64,000 bases of DNA from NCBI GenBank assembly GCA_951406725.2, contig OX597826.1:12772001-12836000 (forward strand). The letters run 5' to 3'. This document shows, in pieces, positions 54,597-64,000 of the stretch. Origin of the DNA: Octopus vulgaris (taxonomy: Eukaryota). The notes under the pieces are model-generated. The model had not been told where the DNA came from. It was given only the letters and a program-made list of their open reading frames with translations, and did no database searches. The translations under genes were made by a program, and so were the position numbers. The stretch's first letter is position 1; each line of letters starts with the position of its first letter.

Positions 54597-55180
54597 GGAG
54601 AGATTATGCAAAATGTATAAATAGATGATGAGTAAAGCACCGCCCAGCTTCGATTCCCTGTTTTTATCCGTAGATTTATTGCAGGAACTTCGTAGTGGCG
54701 GTTGGGGTAACAGTATTAATAAAATAGATGGAAGGAGAAAATGTTTCATTGGGTACGATACATGTTTCGACCCATTCTGGGTCTCATCGGGTACACCAAA
54801 TAAAAAGTTTTACGAGAGATCCTTTGATTCGGTTTTACGTACTGCTATGTCCCTCAACTCCGAGAATATATATATACTCTTTTACTCGTTTCAGTCATGC
54901 GGCTGCGGTTATGCTGAAGCACCGCTTACAAATAGAAAGAGAGAGGGAGAGAGATAGAGATGTGTAAATGTATTTTGTTTATCTCTCTTCATCTTTTTAC
55001 AACCGCTGGTGGTTTGTTTGTGTCCCCGTAACTTTTGCGGCTCAGCAAAAACCGATAGAATTTGTCCTTACACTGACTTTAAAAATATAAGAAATAGTGA
55101 AGTGGATTTGTTCGGCTAAACCCTTCAAGGCCGTGCTCCAGCTTGTTCGCAGTCCTATGAATGAAACAAGTAAAAGAATA
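54410..55180 (+). mobile_element. Old dominant-SINE copy interrupted by a hammerhead-bearing insert and a SINE tail piece
   Basis: 5' half ~54410-54550 and 3' half ~55000-55180; insert ~54593-54866. Confidence 0.65.
54751..54797 (-). ncRNA. Minimal type I hammerhead-like motif (U4C variant)
   Basis: Minus strand GUAC-CCGAUGA-GACCCA GAA UGGGUC-GAAA-CAUGUA-UC-GUAC. Confidence 0.65.
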
Positions 55181-56780
55181 TAAAGATGATACTCTGGAAA
55201 CTTATGAAACAGAATCAACCGTTACGCTGTGAGAAATCAGTATTTATACAAGTCGTATAATAAAGTAACATTATAGGAAATAATTCTTATCAATATTTAA
55301 GAGTAGATCTTTACTTAAACGAAGTATTTATTTAAGGAATATTGTAGAATAAGAGGCAAGTGTTTGTGTCTACGGTAACATTTCTATTCCAATCTGAAGA
55401 TATTTCCTTTCATATATATGCTATTATTATTTGCCTTTGAGAAAGACATGGACGACACATATTGGTTTTCTTATAAATCTCAGATATTGTGTCTAGTCAA
55501 AAAAGAAAAATCAATAGATGTATTTATTGGCAAGATTCCATGACAGTTTTACCAATAGTCTGCGATACCAGTATTTATCAGAGGAATTTATCAGCATTAT
55601 TTTGTAGTAATTATATGTCTCTTAATGGTGGTGGTATTTATAAATAGAGATATTGTGATTACAGCAGTTTTTCTAGTGTGTTTTTATCATTGATTCCTCT
55701 TAACTAAGCATAGGGATATATTTTCAGGTGACTGCGTAGTAGTCAACATAATCAGTTCTATTATATGACTGGTGTTTACCTTATCGACTCCAGTGTGAAG
55801 GTAAGGGTGTATGGTTTAAGAAGTTCACTGTGCAACTGCGCATCACACAGACGACTCTCTTTCGACACAGCCTCAAGTCTCAAAAATTCTTCTGAATGAT
55901 ATTTAATAGACGTGCACTGCGTTTAAGCCTGTCAAAGGAGCCGTTCCTCTTTGCGGGTTACAAATCCATCGCCTGGTTTTAAACTATTACTTTACTAAGT
56001 TCTTTATTTTACAACCATTCAAGCCAGGATTCCCGTCTACATATAGCATCTTCCCATCAGCCTTGAAGGCTTTGAAAAGTCTCAGGAATAGGACATCTGA
56101 ATAATTATGGACGGTGTGTGGAAGTCAGTGTCCTATTGTTTCCAAGAGCTCTCCCCATTTTAATAACAACGATTCTCAACTTTAGCTCTATCACATTCAC
56201 TTCCTCAGTACTCCTTGTTAGTTGCCTCTACCTACTAGCAGTTATTCAAGATTATCATATCTGACTGCTCCAGAACCTCTGTCATACACTCTTCGAAACA
56301 CTAGCTATTTAAAAGAATTCAGGCAAGACATACGTGGCGTAACGCCTGTTGCCATTCATACTACAGCTACTGCAAGATAAACATATTCAGCAGCCAGCAT
56401 ATATTTTTCATCTATTCCGAAACGTATAAAACCCAATCAAAAAAATTTCCAAAATCCATGTTTCTTTTCTTTTATTACTAAACAAAAATCTAAACACGCA
56501 AATACAGAAGCTACACATTAAACAACACAATATCTTGGGCCACCGTGAGACAGGGTGTAACACGTCGATATTCTCAACGGGAGAATAGCGACAAAACATC
56601 CATTATTCCACCTAGTTTTTCTGTCGTTTTAAAAAGCAAGCTAAAAAAGAAAAAAAAAGAAGAGTAAAAACTGGAGGCTGAGGGCTGGTTGGTTGCTAAT
56701 GGACGCTGACAGCAGGCTTGGAACATTCCCAGAGAAGTGAGCAAGGAAGTGATGACGTTACTGAGTAAAAACTTGAACTA

Positions 56781-56859
56781 AGGGAATATAACAGGCAACT
56801 TCAGACCCATAACAGTGTTAAATACAATTATGGGTCTGAAGTTATCTGTTATCTTCTCC
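56781..56859. ncRNA. Pre-miRNA-like hairpin (candidate)
   Basis: 25-nt arms 56788-56812 / 56828-56852 pair at 24 of 25 positions (one G-U), 15-nt loop. Confidence 0.35.
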
Positions 56860-57409
56860 TGAAGACTTTTCTTCTTGCCTTTTAACTGTTGTATATTATT
56901 TATAGTTTTAGCTGATTCGAGTTTCACCGTTTAAAGTAAAGGGAAAATGCCGACATTTTAAAAGTATTCGTTTATTTCGAAATTAAACTATTTATTATAA
57001 TAGGAATTTTGCTGAAAAAAATTATATACAACAAAAACTTAGTAACTTATGTTTCTGGCGGGATTACCTTCAAGCATTTCCATCCTTTCTGTTATACAGT
57101 CAGGATATAATTCTAATGTGAGAGCTCTAGTTTGCACCATTCTTTCTTTCCCAAATAGAAATTGTTTCGTTTTAAAAGTTTACAGTTATTTTATCCGAGT
57201 AGACTTAATAATCTTCAAAAAATTTTCATTAGATTTTCATGTCTGTTCAAGTAAAAACAAAATCAAAATACCGTGATCTCGAAGAAATTGCTTGACTAAT
57301 TTGACAGAATGAATAGTAGCAATTATGATATTTGCAAAACAGAAGATTTTCTTCTCATATCGTGCAATAACTCTTTTATTGAAGACACAATGTGGTCTAG
57401 CACGTACTA

Positions 57410-57600
57410 TGAAATATGGTAGAAGTATGGTTCTGTAGTTAAGAGGTTCACATCATAGCCACATGATTCTGCTTTCGCTCACACCACATGGCAACTTATG
57501 CAAGAGCCTTGTGTCATAGTTTCCAGCTGACCAATGCTGTGCGAGTTAAATTTGGTAGATAGAAACTGTGTGAATACTCATCATATATAAATATGTGTGT
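57410..57600 (+). mobile_element. Highly diverged dominant-SINE 5' half
   Basis: CCACATG..GCAAG..ATTTGGTAGATAGAAACTG. Confidence 0.55.
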
Positions 57601-58645
57601 TGATGTATGGGGGATGTGTGTATGAACGTTTGTGTGTGTGCGTGTGGATATGTGTGTGTGCGCGTGCATTTTGGTGTGTGTATATGCTTTTCCATTAAAC
57701 ATCAGCAAATGATATTAGCCTTAGTGTGAAATCACGAAAACGTTGATAATCAATCTTTACTTTTTACGTCAGTTAAATCAAACAATGACTGATACGACGC
57801 TATTGTCCACAATTTGTGGTTTTAAAATTTTAAATCTAAAAAGTCAGTGCCAAACAGCTGTACTCTATTTTTCTCGAATTCTCCGTCTGTTCTAAGATAG
57901 AACCTGGAATATTTTAAAATGTCGATGCATTCGAGAAGTTAACATTTTCGAGATTAACTCCAAACGTTTCTGCGTACTTTTCAAGAAATTATTCTCCATC
58001 AACATTGCTTTTTCTGCGGTAATTATTTTTTCAAATATTTAGTGATTGTATATGTTCTGGTGCGTCTGTATATGCATCTTCTACTACTTGTAGTGAAATC
58101 CTTTGATAAGGAAGCAATATTCTCCAATGTTTTGAAGAAGAGCGTTTTTTCATATCGGACCCATTTTCTATGGCTTTTCATATTGTTTTGATGGACAAAT
58201 TCTATCTATTGTAGTTAATGGAATTTCCATTTTTGTGTGTTTTTGTTTTGGTTTATTATTTTGTAGTTTTCAAGTTATGAGTCCAAACATGAAATATAAA
58301 ATTACTTCCTCTCTTCGAAGATGATAAATTGCTATCTTAGTGAGGGGGGGGAACGTCAATCCCAAAATAGAGTTCTCTGCACTATCTAATTACATGAAAC
58401 GATGAAAGAAATATAGAAAAAAAAACCTTAATTTTATAAAAGCAAAAACGCAGTAAAAATGAAGTTTCCTCTTAGCTTTCACAAAATTCGGAATGAAGAA
58501 ACGAAAAGCGAAGTGAAGATATAAAAACTAAATTGGAAATAAAGAAAAGAAATAGACAGAAGATACTTTTGTTTCCAGTTCCAATAGAAAATTACATTCT
58601 AATAGTAATGAAATTAGAATCACAAACCCTGATTTCCCACAGCGC

Positions 58646-58683
<38 letters not shown>

Positions 58684-59051
58684 CGTATCTATGTACATAT
58701 ATATGTATTTATCTATCTACCTAATCATATATCTGTCTATCTATCCATCTATATTTATATCTATATGGGAATAAATGTATGTCAATTGTCAGCAGATAAC
58801 AGGTGTTATACTTCAATTTTTATTTTGTCACCATCATTTACAACTTCGTGTGAAGGTTCGCAGCTACCCACATCTCTTACGCATATGAGTTTGTGAAACG
58901 TTTTATACATACATAGATAGATATATAGATAGATCGATAGATAGATAGATACATACATACATACATACATACATTCATACATACTTACATATGCACATAT
59001 ATATATATATATACATACATACATATATAGATAGATAGATAGATAGCTAGC

Positions 59052-59085
<34 letters not shown>

Positions 59086-59233
59086 TATTTAAAATTATAT
59101 ATTATATATAAACAATATATTAAATAGCAAAATACAATTGACAATCTGACAATTTATTTACATTATAATATAATATAATATACTATAAATATAATATAGG
59201 ATAAAATAACATTAAAAATTATATAAAAAAATC

Positions 59234-59322
59234 AAAAAGCCAACAATGTGTTTCGACTTATATACATTATTTGATTTATAAACAATTCATATCCAAGTAC
59301 AAAAGTCTCTTCAGGGTTTTTT
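59234..59322 (-). ncRNA. Type I hammerhead ribozyme candidate with canonical core
   Basis: Minus strand AAAAAACC-CUGAAGA-GACUUUUGUAC..GUAUAUAAGUC-GAAA-CA CAU UG-UU-GGCUUUUU. Confidence 0.72.
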
Positions 59323-59445
59323 GTTCAAAAAGACCGACGAATTCCGTGTAAAAGGATTGTCAGATTGCAAAATACTGATTCAAAATACTTACGTTTAGGA
59401 GCATGAGTGTTAAATATTCAGATACATAACAAGTACCATAAAAGA

Positions 59446-59790
59446 GTGGAGGCGCAATGGCCCAGTGGTTAGGGCAGCGGACTCGCGGTCATAGGATCGC
59501 GGTTTCGATTCCCAGACCGGGCGTTGTGAGTGTTTATTGAGCGAAAACACCTAAAAGCTCCACGATCCTTCTATAAATATACCTAGGTATGTTCATGCTG
59601 GTGTTATGACTAGGGTGCCATATATTTGTCACTCTTTGTGTCACGCTGAATATCCCCGAGAACTATGTTAAGGGTGCACGTGTCTGTGGAGTGCTCAGCC
59701 ACTTACACGTTAATTTCACGAGCAGGCTGTTCCGTTGATTCGGATCAACCGGAACCCTCATCGTCGTAACCGACGGAGTGCTTTTTTTAT
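59446..59790 (+). mobile_element. tRNA(Arg)-head SINE with tail type B, 12-bp TSD, middle replaced
   Basis: TSD TACCATAAAAGA at 59434-59445 and 59791-59802; head as 9057, tail as 17110-17270. Confidence 0.92.
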
Positions 59791-59960
59791 TACCATAAAA
59801 GAACCAAATTATAACGGACAAAACAATTAAGTAAACAAAATCTACAACTGTAAAAAATTGTTCCTATATATCTCTAATAATATTGCAAAGGCATTTAAGT
59901 CGAAAATGATCATTAGCCATTTTAATAATATACAATAATAACAAAATATAAATAAACAAT

Positions 59961-60124
59961 AGGTGTAGGAGTGGCTGTGTGGTAAATAGCTTGCTAACGA
60001 ACTACATGGCCCCAGGTGAAGTCCCACTGCGTGGCAACTTAGGCAAGTGTCTTCTACTATAGCTTCGGGCCGACCAAAGCCTTGTGAGTAGATTTGGTAG
60101 ACGGAAACTGAAAGAAGCCCGTCG

Positions 60125-60165
<41 letters not shown>

Positions 60166-60385
60166 ATGTGTTTATGTGTCTGTGTTTGCGCCCCCCACCC
60201 CCACATCGCTTGACAACCGATGCTGGTGTGTTTACGTCCCCGTAACTTAGCGGTTCGACAAAAGAGACCGATAGAATAAGTACTAGGCTTACAAAGAATA
60301 AGTCCTGGGGGTCGATTTGCTCGACTAAAGGCGGTGCTCCAGCATGGCCACAGTCAAATGACTGAAACAAGTAAAAGAGTAAAAA
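59961..60385 (+). mobile_element. Dominant SINE, full length
   Basis: Homologous to 16368-16738. Confidence 0.94.
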
Positions 60386-60468
60386 AAAATAGTAAACTAT
60401 CAGAGTATTACTTAGTTTTAGATACGATCTTGTAAGTCAATATTTATTCTATAAATATACCTAGGTAT

Positions 60469-61141
60469 GTTCATGCTGGTGTTATGACTAGAGTGCCACA
60501 TATTTAGTTTTGTACATAGTGTTATTCTAGAGAATGTTTAAGAAACCATAAGAAAATTGTGTTTATTTTAAAACTTGAGATTACATAGAAAGTATTTTGC
60601 ATAGGATATAGGCAGTTCCAATCTTTTGAAATTCTGCCCTTTTTGGGTTTCCTGGTATCTGAGCTAGGTAGCAATCAGCCTATTTTTGCTATCATTTCCT
60701 GGGCACCTATGACAACAGGTATTGTTTTAGTCTTCAGCTTACACATTTTACTAATTTCTATTTCAAGATCTTTATATTTGCTCAGCTTTCGGTAGGTTTT
60801 GATAGAGACGTTTATATCGATTGGAACAGTCATATCAATGGGCAGAGATAATTTTTGCATATATCTTTCTGTCAGTTTGAATGGGGAAGTTCCCACCAGT
60901 TTTTATCATGGGGCAAGTCCTGGTTTTTGCAAATTACCCAGTGAATATATCGTGCAGCTCTATCATACCTGTTGAGATACTCTGTAGGCGCAAGAAAACT
61001 GCACTTGGAGACAACATGATCAATGGTCTCATTTTGTTGTTGACATACACATGTTGGGCTACTGCCGTTCTTTAATATGTTGGCCTGGTAGTTCCTTGTA
61101 TGTAGGCATTGATCTTAGGCTGCTATGATAAACCCTTCAGA
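60469..61141 (-). mobile_element. Second R4/Dong-type LINE 3' fragment
   Basis: EGFIIAA..TRNY..CQQQNETIDHVV..IDMTVPID..KLSKYKDLEIEISKM; homologous to 48440-49090. Confidence 0.9.
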
Positions 61142-61292
61142 TTATGGTAGGCTGCATAATCAGGTGACTAGATTTAACCAATGAGATCCTACTTTATTAG
61201 TACCCATGAACTTCACATTTTCTGCCTTCATTTGCATGTCTTCTGAAGGGTGATATAAACCCGACAGTATATAAATTTAGAATATATAATCT

Positions 61293-61513
61293 TACTCTTT
61301 TTTACTCTTTTACTTGTTTCAGTCATTTGACTGCGGCCATGCTGGAGCACCGCCTTTAATCGAGCAACTCGACCCCGGGACTTATTCTTTTGTAAGCCCA
61401 GTACTTATTCTATCGGTCTCTTTTGCCGAACCGCTAAGTAACGGGGACATAAACACACCAGCATCGGTTGTCAAGCAATGCTAGGGGGACAAACACAGAC
61501 ACACAAACACACG

Positions 61514-61577
<64 letters not shown>

Positions 61578-61745
61578 TACGACGGGCTTCTTTCAGTTTC
61601 CGTCTACCAAATCCACTCACAAGGCATTGGTCGGCCTGAGGCTATAGTAGAAGACACTTGCCCAAGGTGCCACGCAGTGGGACTGAACCCGGAGCCATGT
61701 GGTTGGTAAACAAGCTACTTACCACACAGCCACTCTTGCGCCTAT
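61293..61745 (-). mobile_element. Dominant SINE, full length, well preserved
   Basis: Reverse complement of the 16368 family with few differences. Confidence 0.95.
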
Positions 61746-63570
61746 GTGGAACTTCTGTGAAAGACTTGGTATCACCCCTACCAAACAAATGTAGAAATAT
61801 GCTTAAAGGAATCAGAGAAATTGAAAAAGCAACTTATGCCTACTTCTGTTCGTATATTGCATTTTTTTCATTCCTTTTCTTTACTAAACGCTGTTGATTT
61901 TTTAAAAAAAGGTTCTATTAATATTCTTGTTTCCATAGTCTCCGTGCGAGGCGGCAATGACTTTGCTGGTGAGTAATTTCTTTATAGAAGCTATTTATTA
62001 TTTTTCTCAGTTCTCGGAGTTAATGGGATCTAAATCCAGGCAATTATGTTATAGAATTACCTTTTTGCTTTCTTTCTTTGTTTTAATTTTCTGTTGTTTA
62101 ATTATTATTTGCTTTCAGTTTTCGATATCTTCTTTGAAAATCAATATTTATATAATTCTTTCAACGGTGGATAGCATCACCAGTGGAACACTAGACAAAA
62201 TGGTTTGTGATATTTATCACAGCCACTTACTTTTTTTCTTTTTAAATTCAAACCACGCCGAGGTCAATGTTTCAATTCACCTCTTCTGTTGTTGATAAAA
62301 TAGATATCAGTGAAGCACTATGATCAATCAAATCAGCACACCTTTTCGTTAAAATTAAGCATGTTGTGGATGAGTTAAAAATCAATATTCAAATAATTAA
62401 CAGTCAAACAAATGTATTTTTACTGTTTCTGCATTTTTGATTTCTTCCTAGATAACAACAGATAATTGCAAAGCCTTTATATTTTATCTGTTAAGATGAA
62501 ATAGTGCCTGTGGTGATATTGTTTTCATGGATGTGCGTATATTTTTCTGGGTTTTGTGTCTATTATTATTTATTTGATTGAAACCACGTGATGTTACTTT
62601 GTTCGATATCTATAGTGAAGAGGAAGGTTATACACTTAAAGTACTAAGCAAAAAGATTTTAATTAAAAATACGTTTGTGTGAAGAGAAATAAAGGATTAA
62701 ATGTAATGATATTTCTTACTATGAAATGCAAGAGATACAACTCTGAAATCCAAATTATTTAAGCATTAAATGGTGAAATCAACGAGGTGGATGTTTGGTC
62801 TTTTAGTAAATGCATTAACAACGCGCGACATGTTCCATTATTATCGGGCTTCCTCAGCGAAGCTGACTCTCACCCTATTTACTTTCAGCTCCTTTCAATG
62901 ACCTGAGAGAGTGAAAGAATTTTGATGACAGTCATTCATTTGGTAACTTACTATGATGATTGGGGAATATTTCTGCATATAAAAATCATAGTATCAGGTA
63001 GCCTACAAAGAGTAGCGCTCGTTGGTTGGCATAAGGAGTAAGTTTCGATTTCATAATTCGTAAAATAGCCTGATACGAGTCATTAAGCGGGGTTACAATA
63101 GAAATTAAGTGGACAGAAATCATGCTAATTATGGCTTAATCAGAGAATGGACGAAAGAATCCGTGGTACTTTTGTAGGATCTTCAAAGTTGATGGAATAA
63201 ATGAAGAAAGACTTCGTGGGTTACCGTTTAACTGTTTGCAACAGAGTAGGCATCGCTCATAACACACAAGAGCCTAGAAGTGGCATTGAACTAGAAACGA
63301 TCTGGAAGTGGTGTTAAACTACAAAGTTTATCACAGAAAAGAAAGATATGAGTAAAATATCCTTTCTTTGAAATTTCCGTAACGTATTTCGAGATGTAGA
63401 TTTGAAAACAACATATTATTTTTCACATTTAAATGATTTTTAAAAATCACTATATTTGGGTGTAAGTTTATTAAAACTGAAAGAAATTTCGAGCAACAAA
63501 CATTTTTAGTTACTAAACTAAAACCAGCGAGTGATACCTATTATTAATTTCTTTCATATTCTCATTCACT

Positions 63571-64000
63571 CAATATTCTTGAGGACATTACCCAAAGCAC
63601 TGATCGCAGATCCTGGGTGGATGTTGTTTACTTGGACTTTGCTAAGGCTTTTAACTCTGTGCCACACAAAAGACTTATGGTGAAACTCTGCGTTGGGCGT
63701 AAGAGACGATCTCTATAACTGGTTGAGGTCCTTCATTATCGGCCGAAAAGAGGTTGTCACAGTTCTAGGACAGCACTCTTCACCCTATGAGATGACATCT
63801 GGTGTACCACAGGGATCTGTTCTTGGCCCCCTTTTATTTGTTGCATATGTTAATGACATAGATGCCAACTTAAAGAATGCCACAGTGCTGAAATATGCAG
63901 ATGACATCAAGCTGTACCTCGAAATAAAGAGGTCAGATCCTGTACAGTATAGATCTCTAGTGCAATCAGACCTGGACACAATGCAGCAGTCGATCATGGA
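63571..64000 (+). mobile_element. CR1-group LINE RT fragment (runs off window)
   Basis: VDVVYLDFAKAFNSVPH, SGVPQGSVLGPLLF..YVND, KYADDIKL; frameshift near 63690. Confidence 0.93.

Overview
AT-rich animal genomic DNA dominated by microsatellites ((TA)n, (CA)n, (GATA)n, (TTC)n, (TAA)n) and retroposons. The SINE families resemble those of Octopus, so this is probably coleoid cephalopod intergenic or intronic sequence (recognition from memory, not a database hit). I could not support any host protein-coding gene; most ORFs in the track are microsatellite translations or transposon fragments. Identifiable content: about 25 tRNA-derived SINE copies built from interchangeable heads and tails (four with clear TSDs); decayed Penelope-like elements (PLEs); two R4/Dong-type RLE LINE fragments; CR1-like, RTE-like and Tx1-like LINE fragments; three mariner remnants; and a Merlin-like MITE with internal telomeric repeats. 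The most interesting signal is a set of short non-coding elements sitting in (TA)n tracts. They carry type I hammerhead-ribozyme folds (two with canonical cores, five with single core changes, two 3' halves) and/or long fold-back arms, and three of them sit inside the internal (TA)n tract of the dominant SINE. Also notable: two locally templated insertions, ultra-short retro-inserts with TSDs, and a pre-miRNA-like hairpin in unique sequence. All alignments and folds were done by eye.
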